NCBI GenBank assembly: GCA_041478555.1
Contig: JBGOWI010000003.1
Location: 8,408-72,407 of the forward strand
Length of the DNA stretch: 64,000 bases
Direction of reading: 5' to 3'
Source of the DNA: Phycisphaerae bacterium
Lineage (GTDB): Bacteria > Planctomycetota > Phycisphaerae > Sedimentisphaerales > UBA12454
Positions 36,919-44,610 of this stretch are shown piece after piece. The notes under the pieces were generated by a model. It was not told the DNA's origin, did no database searches, and was given only the letters and a program-made list of their open reading frames with translations. The position numbers were made by a program, and so were the translations under genes. Numbering within the stretch: the first letter of the stretch is position 1; each line of letters opens with the position of its first letter.

Positions 36919-37806
36919 TTAAATTTTTGGTAATTCAATTTCCTTCTGTTCTCCGCAAAAGCATCTTACAAGCGATGCCGCTGTCCGATGAAGCCCGACC
37001 ATTAGCGGCCCTTTATAATCTGCAATTTCAACCTCATCATAAAGCACCTCAAGCAGTCTTGCTTTTATCGTCTGCGTTAATTCCTCCCAGTCTCCGCCTT
37101 CAACAATTTCCTTAACTTTCGCCTCAACAAATCCTCTGAAAGGCTCGACCAAATCATCTGCAAGGCAAAACGCGTTATACCTGTTTCGATGATGAAGTCC
37201 GACAGAAGGCAATAATCCTGCGCTGCAAATCGCACGCGCCACCGCCGCCCGCATTACCATATAACCGTAATTCAATAGATTATTCGGCGGCTTCCCTTCA
37301 GCATCTCTTCTGAATTCCAAACCTTGAATATAGGCACTCCAGAATAATTTGCTTGCCCTCGCCTCGATATTAGAAGGGTCGCCGCTGCGAACCTGACTTA
37401 TCAATGCTGTTAATGCTTTGTAAGTTTGCGTTTCGTCTTTGATAAGTTTTGCCTGATGTCTGATTTTCGCGCGTACTATCTGCTGCCAGAGTTTCTTTTT
37501 GAGCGGCTCTTTTGCGTTTATCTGTTTTGCGTATCTTTCGGTTTGGATTGTATTGGCTTCTATCGGCAAAAGCATCCCGGCTGGCAAATGATTGCTGTCA
37601 CAAAGCACCACAGCCGCGCCGCATTTTAATAATTCAGTAAAAACACAGTGTGTATAATTTGTCGCTTGATTATCGACTAAAAGTACGCCAATGTCTTCAC
37701 AGGGTATTGAGCTTGTATCTTTACCGTCCTGCTTAATAACTAACTGGCCGTATTTTATTGATAGAGATGTCCTTTCCCGCGAAATCTCTATTATCTTTTT
37801 AATCAA
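36919..37806 (-). CDS. cas1: CRISPR-associated endonuclease Cas1 (type II)
   Basis: 295 aa with conserved Cas1 blocks (NLLNYGYMVMRAAVARAICSAGLLPSVGLHHRNRYNAFCLADDLVEPFR). Confidence 0.95.
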   Translation of the reverse strand: MIKKIIEISRERTSLSIKYGQLVIKQDGKDTSSIPCEDIGVLLVDNQATNYTHCVFTELLKCGAAVVLCDSNHLPAGMLLPIEANTIQTERYAKQINAKEPLKKKLWQQIVRAKIRHQAKLIKDETQTYKALTALISQVRSGDPSNIEARASKLFWSAYIQGLEFRRDAEGKPPNNLLNYGYMVMRAAVARAICSAGLLPSVGLHHRNRYNAFCLADDLVEPFRGFVEAKVKEIVEGGDWEELTQTIKARLLEVLYDEVEIADYKGPLMVGLHRTAASLVRCFCGEQKEIELPKI

Positions 37807-37808
37807 AC

Positions 37809-40800
37809 TTAATCTCTAATTAGTTCCTTAACTTCGCCAAGCGGACTTATCCACACTTTAACAGGTGGTTGCCCTTCTTCAATGCCGAGATGTTGAATAT
37901 CGGAAGGCTTTAAACCGCCTGTTTTGCTGCCCGTTTTTTTGACTTCTTCTCTCGCTTTGGCTTTTTCTGTTTCTTTGTCTCTTCCTGCATCATAGTGAGG
38001 GGTAAAGTGTATTGTGCCGGTGCCATCTATCTTAAAAACAACAAAATACCCCGGCACTTTGGTTTCGGGATGTCGCATATAAACCATCTCGCCGATTGAT
38101 AAGGACATAACAAATTTGCCATTTTGGGAATCATCACGATTAATTGCAGGCAGAGGTTTTAGCCCGCTTGATTTTGGCGGATTTACTCTTTTTGCGGCAT
38201 CAAAATTTCTAATAACCTCACCGGTCCATTTTTCTTTTTCATTTTCTCTGATTTCTATGTGATGGTTATTCTGTGGCTCGTATGCCCTAATTGCTTTTTG
38301 GTGAGGGTCATATTCCATTTTACCGGTGCTTAAATTCCACTGCTTTCGTGGAATTGTTATTACAGTTGGAGACCGCAAAAGAGTAAATTGGCGGATAGGG
38401 ACTCCGCTTTTTAGAAACAGGCCTTTTTCTTTGACAAGTTTTTTTATTTCTTTTTCGCTGAAATTGTCGGGGTCTAACCCTTCAGTTCTCAGGCATTCTC
38501 TTATTTCTTCTCTAAACCATCTATCACGAATTACACCGGATTTCCCGGGTTTTACATCCGGCAGTTTAAGCATTTCTAATCTTATAGATTTTCGTTCCCG
38601 CTTTGATGAGCAGTTTTTCAGTTTTTCCCGCAGTTCATCCCAACCTTTAAGCACTTGTAAATGGTTTGGGGTCAGTTCAATAGCAAATTTGCGTAAGGTA
38701 AATTGTTCGGTCAAATTTCCATCCTTATCAAGTATTGGGCCGTATTGTGTATCATTATGGAAAGCCCCAACTATTTTTCGGGCGGCGGGCCTGTGAGAAA
38801 CTACCAAATTTCTCCATTCATTCATAACCTGCGCACGGAAACTTTCGACATTTCCCCATGGTGGGCTTATCAGTGGTCTCTCCGCAAGTTTTTTGCCCTC
38901 TTCTTCGGCTTTCTCAAGTTTTTGGAATAGCAGCGAAATTTGTTGCACTCTATCCGGCCCTGAGAGCGCTATAGCAACAGCGTCTAAGGCGTGATGCCTA
39001 TGGTCAGAACGGTTTTTTTCAAAAGGTTCTCCCTTTTTGCTGTCTGGGAAAAGCTGCCAATCTCTGCGCAAAAGTGCTGTATATCGCCCGCTTGTTGTAA
39101 AAACTCTTTTGATTCCATCTCTTTCTCCATTATAAAGAACATCTCGAAGCCAGTTAACAACTTGTTTTGCGGCGTATGCTGCATCTGTAAGTTGCGAAGC
39201 TACGAATTCGTCTAAATCTGGCGCATCTTTATGAAGATTATCCCACTTTACTAGATTTTTTTCCTTGAGATGCCTTAACCTCTGTTCAAACTTCTGAAAC
39301 CGTTCTTCGGTGAACCACTCTTTTGGGGTTTTGTTCCCTTTCCCACGGTTACAGCCAGTATGGCAAAGTAATAAATTACTCAGAAAGCTATTTCCTCCAC
39401 GACTCTCTGGTATTATGTGGTCGATTTCAACCCCATTTCCTTCTGCCGCAGTTTTTTCGCTGATAGCGTTGATTCCGTTACCACAATATGCACATTGCTC
39501 TTTCTGCTCTCGACAAAGTAATACCCTTTTAACGGCCTTTTCCTGCTGATTTTTGGTTTTTTGTTCCAAACCAAATTCTTCCATTATTTTTCTTTTTTCT
39601 TCTTCACGCTCTCGATTTTCAGATAGTTTTTTATTTCTCACAACCGCTGATTGTCTGGCTTCTCTTACCAGTTCAACTATTACTCTGTCAGGTTTACAAC
39701 CGAATTTTCTTATATGTTCCTGGATGTGCCGCTTTACTTCATGGATTGCCTTGCGGACAACAGGATTACTTAGCATTGCCGGCGCAGGCGGTAGTAAATC
39801 AGGATGTTTTTGTTGAAATCTCCGCATTGCATGATTACCACTGCCTCCTTTGAAACTATACCGTCTTCTTTGCTCATTCGTTGCTCCATTTGTCGCATCT
39901 TCTGCGAAAAGATTTCTTGCCTCATTAACCGTAAATCCGTCACGCATATATGGAAGCAAATTTTTTATAGCTCTCCTGGAATACTCCAGCCGATCTTCTG
40001 CTTTTGGCCGTTTTGTCCACGCTTCTATAAACTTTTCAGCCTGTTTCTCATCAAAGCCCCACCATTTTTTACAGCCTTCCGCTAAATACTTTTTGTCTTT
40101 TTCAGAGGTCGGGTCAAACTTTAATATGGCTTTATTTACTGAGTCTTTTTGTGCCGATGTAAGCTTCTCCCAATTCGATTCACTAATTGCACTAGAGATT
40201 ATTTCACGATAAAACCACCATGTGTTTAATTTTCTCTTTGGGTCAGCGTCTAAACTCAACGTATAAAGGGTTTTATTTTCTCCTTTATGAAGCCCTAATG
40301 CTTTTCTTGCTGTTGCAGCGGTAACGGTCTTTTGATCTTTTAGAACCTCAAAAACCTTTGGTTTTTCCTCGTTATTCAACGGTCTCGAAACTTCACCTGG
40401 CGGAGTTATCCTTATATTGTTTAATGTCTCAAGGACAAGATAATCCTGAGCGTACATATCAGCCTTGGGGCATTTAAGGTCAGTAGGTTCCAAATCGCAC
40501 CTTCCCATAGTTCCCATATCCCAGTATGTTTTACGCTGACCAAATAATATTCCTTTATATCTCCACGTTGCATCGCTCGAATTGTCATCAAGTTTTTTTC
40601 TGACAGGGTCAGTTAACTGATTTGCAAGTTCACCATTAAAAGATTTCTGTTTTTTCCACAGAGTATCAAATTCATTCCAGAGCAGGTCTCGGTCTGCACA
40701 AAATTCATATGTGGGTTCTTTGGCAGCGTTTGTCCGATTGCGAATTGCCTGTCCCACTTTTATAACATTGCCGTTTGCGTCTTTTTTCTGAAGAGGTGTT

Positions 40801-41357
40801 TTTCTTTCTTCGTAAAGCACTGCCATCAATTCCCCAAAGGTTCTTGCATTGCGATTTTTCATTTCCTCTTTCGCATGGTCGATTGCCCCTTTGATTTTCT
40901 TTGCCTCTTTGTCTTTTGTCTCTGTATTTTTGCTGTTCTCTTGTTCCTCTTTTTCAGTATTTTCTGGTTGTTCCGGCTCCTCGTTAAATCCATACGCTCC
41001 TCGTCGTTGCACAAGGTGCAATAGAACACGACCGAATTCACGAGGCGTAAGCTCTCCGTCAAGGCCTTTTTTTCTCAAAGACCATGGGTTTAATTTCATC
41101 TCTGTATCAGTGGGCGTCCAACTCAACTCCGCTAAGAATTTTCGCATTTGCCATTTCCTTTCGGCACGGCGTTCAATGCTTCTGCGTTGGCCACGATAGG
41201 TTCGTCTTGCTTGGTTTTTAGGTGCGCCGCGTTTGTCTTCTGATTCCTCTACCCCCGCAGGAAACACACCTACGCCCATTTTTATTATTCGCTCGTCTGT
41301 GTCAACTCCTGCTGAACCGACCGAATTTGTACCAATATCTAATCCCAACAATTTCAT
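37809..41357 (-). CDS. cas9: CRISPR-associated endonuclease Cas9, 1182 aa (type II-C architecture)
   Basis: RuvC-I LGLDIGTNSVGSA, Arg-rich bridge helix RRTYRGQRRSIERRAERK, RuvC-II IVELVREA, HNH EIDHIIPESRGGNSFLSNLLLCHTGCNRGKGNKTP and RuvC-III HHALDAVAIAL are all present. AGGAG SD upstream of ATG 41357. No csn2 or cas4 in the locus. Confidence 0.95.
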   Translation of the reverse strand: MKLLGLDIGTNSVGSAGVDTDERIIKMGVGVFPAGVEESEDKRGAPKNQARRTYRGQRRSIERRAERKWQMRKFLAELSWTPTDTEMKLNPWSLRKKGLDGELTPREFGRVLLHLVQRRGAYGFNEEPEQPENTEKEEQENSKNTETKDKEAKKIKGAIDHAKEEMKNRNARTFGELMAVLYEERKTPLQKKDANGNVIKVGQAIRNRTNAAKEPTYEFCADRDLLWNEFDTLWKKQKSFNGELANQLTDPVRKKLDDNSSDATWRYKGILFGQRKTYWDMGTMGRCDLEPTDLKCPKADMYAQDYLVLETLNNIRITPPGEVSRPLNNEEKPKVFEVLKDQKTVTAATARKALGLHKGENKTLYTLSLDADPKRKLNTWWFYREIISSAISESNWEKLTSAQKDSVNKAILKFDPTSEKDKKYLAEGCKKWWGFDEKQAEKFIEAWTKRPKAEDRLEYSRRAIKNLLPYMRDGFTVNEARNLFAEDATNGATNEQRRRYSFKGGSGNHAMRRFQQKHPDLLPPAPAMLSNPVVRKAIHEVKRHIQEHIRKFGCKPDRVIVELVREARQSAVVRNKKLSENREREEEKRKIMEEFGLEQKTKNQQEKAVKRVLLCREQKEQCAYCGNGINAISEKTAAEGNGVEIDHIIPESRGGNSFLSNLLLCHTGCNRGKGNKTPKEWFTEERFQKFEQRLRHLKEKNLVKWDNLHKDAPDLDEFVASQLTDAAYAAKQVVNWLRDVLYNGERDGIKRVFTTSGRYTALLRRDWQLFPDSKKGEPFEKNRSDHRHHALDAVAIALSGPDRVQQISLLFQKLEKAEEEGKKLAERPLISPPWGNVESFRAQVMNEWRNLVVSHRPAARKIVGAFHNDTQYGPILDKDGNLTEQFTLRKFAIELTPNHLQVLKGWDELREKLKNCSSKRERKSIRLEMLKLPDVKPGKSGVIRDRWFREEIRECLRTEGLDPDNFSEKEIKKLVKEKGLFLKSGVPIRQFTLLRSPTVITIPRKQWNLSTGKMEYDPHQKAIRAYEPQNNHHIEIRENEKEKWTGEVIRNFDAAKRVNPPKSSGLKPLPAINRDDSQNGKFVMSLSIGEMVYMRHPETKVPGYFVVFKIDGTGTIHFTPHYDAGRDKETEKAKAREEVKKTGSKTGGLKPSDIQHLGIEEGQPPVKVWISPLGEVKELIRD

Positions 41358-41388
41358 AAAACTCTCCTAATTTTATGTAAAAATTCTC

Positions 41389-41416
41389 TTGCAATATTTA
41401 TCAGAAACCCTATAAT
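41389..41416 (+). promoter_or_regulatory. Putative tracrRNA promoter (TTGCAA-16 nt-TATAAT)
   Basis: Hexamers at 41389-41394 and 41411-41416. The anti-repeat begins 8 nt after the -10 element. Confidence 0.5.
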
Positions 41417-41422
41417 GCCGCT

Positions 41423-41532
41423 TGTGTAACTAATCCCGGCTTGCGTTTTTTCACAACAAGACGAAAAATTCGCAGGCACCGCCGAAAGGCGACCGCTGTA
41501 GCCCGTGCAAACCACGGTTCTACAGCTTTTTT
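41423..41532 (+). ncRNA. Predicted tracrRNA (anti-repeat 41424-41457, internal hairpins, intrinsic terminator ending in T6 at 41527-41532)
   Basis: GTGTAACTAATCCCGGCTTGCGTTTTTTCACAAC is complementary to the CRISPR repeat (14-bp, 6-bp and 6-bp helices around an internal loop). It is followed by a cgcc-gaaa-ggcg hairpin and a gctgtag...ctacagc terminator stem. Confidence 0.75.
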
Positions 41533-41577
41533 ATATCTGCAATTTAGACACCTCATTAGAAAATGTTATTGTAATAA

Positions 41578-41605
41578 ATACCTCAAAATTTAGAGGTATT
41601 TTTTT
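41578..41605 (+). terminator. Second intrinsic terminator-like hairpin downstream of the tracrRNA
   Basis: Stem atacctc / gaggtat followed by a T-run of at least 7 (41599-41605). Confidence 0.4.
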
Positions 41606-42318
41606 CTCCACTGTGGTCTGGCCGCAGGAATTTTACCAAAGGAACCTCGAATTGTCCACATAACAAATTTTGCGCAAGTCGTAGTTGCAAAAAACGCTCG
41701 AAATTCGTAAAAACTCCTCATTTCTTGGTAATTTTAGGGTAAAAAAACGAAAAAAACGAAAAAATTGAAAATTTCCACCCTCATTTTTAGCGTAATTTTA
41801 AAAACTTGCGCAAATGTCAAAAAAACTTGCGCAAATTTTCGAGAAAATCGTTCATAACTCCTTTATTTTCGTGGTAGTTTTTATCATAAGTCTTTATTTT
41901 ATGTAGTCGATTTTGCCTGCCCTGAGCGCCTGTGGTGAGCGTAGTCGAACCATGTCGAATGGGCCATAAGTCCTTATTTTTTATTAACTGTTTGTGTTGT
42001 AAATCCTTATTTCTTGTCGTCGATTTTTTGAAAATTTTGAATTTTGGTAATTCGAATTTGTTTCCACCGTAAGGTGTCCTGTGGAGGATTTCGATATTCG
42101 GATTTCGGATTTCGGATCTATCTTCTTTACGTCCTGAATATGTAATTTTGACTTTAAACCTTTGTTAATATAGGGTTATGAATAAGCTAAATTTATTTTT
42201 TATTTGGATTTTGCCGAATTTTTTGTTGTCAAATTGGCTTGACTTTTGTATTATTTCCGCCTCAAATTGTGTAATTTGTAAAACGTTGCGTTTATGTTGT
42301 TTTTGAAAGGGATTTTTT

Positions 42319-42492
42319 ATGCCGGCAAAAGTAAATGAAGACAAATGCACCGGTTGTGAGGCGTGTATTGATGCCTGCCCGGCTGAAGCGATAAAAATGG
42401 TTGATGGCAAGGCGGTAGTAGATGTCGACACTTGCGTTGACTGTGGTGTTTGTGTTGACGAGTGCCCTGTTGAAGCGATAGAGATGGAGTAA
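42319..42492 (+). CDS. 2x[4Fe-4S] ferredoxin, 57 aa (below the ORF-track length cut-off)
   Basis: MPAKVNEDKCTGCEACIDACPAEAIKMVDGKAVVDVDTCVDCGVCVDECPVEAIEME has two CxxCxxCxxxCP clusters. TTGTCA-17-TATTAT lies at 42226-42254. Confidence 0.8.
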   Translation: MPAKVNEDKCTGCEACIDACPAEAIKMVDGKAVVDVDTCVDCGVCVDECPVEAIEME

Positions 42493-42544
42493 TCCCGGCG
42501 GTACAATCGCGAAAACTGCGTTGGGTGATTGAATTTATATCTTC

Positions 42545-42619
42545 GGCCCCATCGTCTAGGCCGGTCCAGGACACCGGGTTTTCAACCCGGCAACAGGGGT
42601 TCGAATCCCCTTGGGGCTA
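42545..42619 (+). tRNA. tRNA-Glu (anticodon UUC)
   Basis: GGCCCCATCGTCTAGGCCGGTCCAGGACACCGGGTTTTCAACCCGGCAACAGGGGTTCGAATCCCCTTGGGGCTA forms a cloverleaf with anticodon loop TTTTCAA. Confidence 0.9.
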
Positions 42620-42630
42620 GATTATAAAAA

Positions 42631-42658
42631 CAGACGTCTTTTTAAGGCGTCTGTTTTT
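42631..42658. terminator. Bidirectional terminator-like hairpin (A5 - stem - T5)
   Basis: Stem cagacg / cgtctg flanked by aaaaa and ttttt, between tRNA-Glu (+) and the 42733 gene (-). Confidence 0.5.
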
Positions 42659-42732
42659 ATAAATTCAAAATTCAAAAATAAAAATTGTGGAATCCCGATA
42701 AATCGGGATAACGGTTTTATTATTTTTCTGAT

Positions 42733-43260
42733 TTACCTTGCGGCAGAAAGGGACATGATTTCTCTTGCTACGATGTCGGCGATGATAAGCTGTTGAGGCG
42801 AAGCGGGAGCAGAAGGCATTGAATTTACAGGCATTTTTTGAGGCTGAGCTTCCTGCTGCAAATTGCCGTCTGAATTGTTGTTTTGCAGAGGGGATTTTCT
42901 TTTAAGTCCTGCTACTTTTCTTTGTTGAGCAAGAATCTGACTGCCGAGGTCAAGCGAAGGCATTTCGCTTGAGCGGTCCTGCTGCTGGGGACGGCTTATT
43001 TTTTCGACCATTCGACTTACAAACTCTTTTCGGGCTGCAGCGGGCTCCGCCCCGACGAGTGAGCCGGTGTTCTGAACAGGCGGATGTGCCTGTGCGGCTT
43101 TGTTTTTTAAAATATCCTCAAAGACAGGCATGACACGTGGAGCTGATTTTGAATTTTTCGGCTGGGATGATTCGTTCTGCTGCCCGACAGCCTTTAAGAA
43201 GTCCTGTTTGCATCTTGCAATATCTTGCTCAATCCGGTTGTTGTAACTATCGTTTTGCAT
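42733..43260 (-). CDS. Hypothetical Q/P-rich protein
   Basis: 175-aa ORF upstream of the M16 peptidase pair. It is low complexity and I recognise no family. Confidence 0.45.
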   Translation of the reverse strand: MQNDSYNNRIEQDIARCKQDFLKAVGQQNESSQPKNSKSAPRVMPVFEDILKNKAAQAHPPVQNTGSLVGAEPAAARKEFVSRMVEKISRPQQQDRSSEMPSLDLGSQILAQQRKVAGLKRKSPLQNNNSDGNLQQEAQPQKMPVNSMPSAPASPQQLIIADIVAREIMSLSAAR

Positions 43261-43391
43261 AAATCCATCCTTGTTCTATTATTCTATCATTAGCCGGTTG
43301 TTTTGCAAGAGAAAATCCGGCTACGGAGGATGGAATAATGAATAATGAATATCGAAGTTAAAAACAGTGTAAATTCGTGTCCCCAAAGAGG

Positions 43392-44609
43392 TTACTCCGG
43401 GCCAAGCGAAAATTGCGTAAACGGCATAAGCGGAAAATCCCGCAGCAAAGCTGTCAAATCATCGAGGCTAACTTCTTTAATCCGCTGTATTTCATCTTCA
43501 ATGGGCCGATACTGCTTTAGATAGACCCAGTTAAAACCCAGCTCAATTAGTCTTCCCATTGGGATTTCGTTTTTGATTGTAATTGACGACAGAACCTTGT
43601 TTTTTGCTTTCTGGAGTTCGGGGGCGGAGATTTTTTCCTTCTGCAGCGATTTGAAAATATCTTCAACAATCTGCATGACTTTTGAGCCGTTTTCTTCGGC
43701 GGTTCGAATATAGCTGTAATATGCTCCCACGCCATCCATTGCTTCGCAGTGCATGGTGGCAGTTTCAGCGACGGCAGTATCGACAAGCTGCCAGAAGAAT
43801 CTTGAGCCTGTATCGTCACCTATGATTTTTGCAAGCAGTGCAGCGGCATAGCTTCTCTGGTCCTGATAGGAAACAGTCGGACTCATCAGGCAGATGTGCC
43901 GGCAGGTCAGATTTTTTCTTTTCTGGTGTTCTTTTTTTGCAGTTCCTGCGAAATACTCTTTTTTTCTGTCGGCATATTTGGGCTGCCAGTCGGCGCAGCC
44001 AGCCTGGATGCAATCGCAGATTTTTTCAAAGTCGAAGTTTCCTGCCACTGCAGCGGTTACGTTATTGGGAGTGTATCTGCTGCCGAAATATTCTCTCATC
44101 TGTTCGCTTGTCAGAGCCTTTACGCTCTCAACCGAGCCGAGAACACTTTTACCGCAGGGATGCGAGCCGAAATGCAGAGCTCTGCAATTTTCTCTGACAT
44201 CGAAATCCGGCAGGTCTTTGTACATAGCGATTTCCTCGAGGATGACGTTTTTTTCCATATTGAAATCATCATCTCTTATTGCCGGTCGCATAAGCTGACA
44301 CCACAGTTTTGCAGCTTCGTAAAGTTGCTGGGGAAGGGTCGCAGAGTAGTAAACGGTGTTTTCCTCAGTAGTATGGGCATTGTATTGTGCGCCGAGGTCG
44401 TCAAAACAGCGGTTGACATCGTGGGCTGAAAGGCTGTCAGCGCCTTTAAAGAGCATATGTTCGAGGTAATGGCTTGTGCCGTTAATTTTGTCGGTTTCAT
44501 CTCTCGCGCCGGTTCTGACAAAGAAACCTACCGCTGCGGATTGAGCGTCTTTATTAACTTCCGCGATGATGTCGAGGCCGTTTGCAAGTTTTTTGTGTTT
44601 GAATTCCAT
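43392..44609 (-). CDS. M16-family zinc peptidase (catalytic subunit, HxxEH present)
   Basis: GTSHYLEHMLFKG carries the inverted zinc motif HxxEH. 405 aa, pitrilysin fold. Confidence 0.86.
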   Translation of the reverse strand: MEFKHKKLANGLDIIAEVNKDAQSAAVGFFVRTGARDETDKINGTSHYLEHMLFKGADSLSAHDVNRCFDDLGAQYNAHTTEENTVYYSATLPQQLYEAAKLWCQLMRPAIRDDDFNMEKNVILEEIAMYKDLPDFDVRENCRALHFGSHPCGKSVLGSVESVKALTSEQMREYFGSRYTPNNVTAAVAGNFDFEKICDCIQAGCADWQPKYADRKKEYFAGTAKKEHQKRKNLTCRHICLMSPTVSYQDQRSYAAALLAKIIGDDTGSRFFWQLVDTAVAETATMHCEAMDGVGAYYSYIRTAEENGSKVMQIVEDIFKSLQKEKISAPELQKAKNKVLSSITIKNEIPMGRLIELGFNWVYLKQYRPIEDEIQRIKEVSLDDLTALLRDFPLMPFTQFSLGPE

Positions 44610-44610
44610 G

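Noticed and set aside
41650-41680. A minus-strand fragment aaatttgttatgtggacaattcgaggt that loosely resembles the repeat end plus repeat start (ATTTGTTA / GTGGA). I considered it a relic of a second array or an alternative anti-repeat.
   Set aside because: Only short, interrupted matches are present, with no periodicity and no flanking repeats. The similarity is too weak to call.
41814-41906. A 30-aa hydrophobic-tailed small ORF (MSKKLAQIFEKIVHNSFIFVVVFIISLYFM), considered as a type I toxin-like peptide next to the CRISPR locus.
   Set aside because: It has no Shine-Dalgarno, its start lies inside a duplicated DNA module, and its hydrophobicity simply reflects the T-rich repeat. It is noted only as part of the repeat-region finding.
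42165-42574. 113-aa and 85-aa minus-strand ORFs.
   Set aside because: They are antisense to a textbook 2x[4Fe-4S] ferredoxin ORF and run into tRNA-Glu. Their Cys/Thr/Ser-rich composition mirrors the ferredoxin codons.
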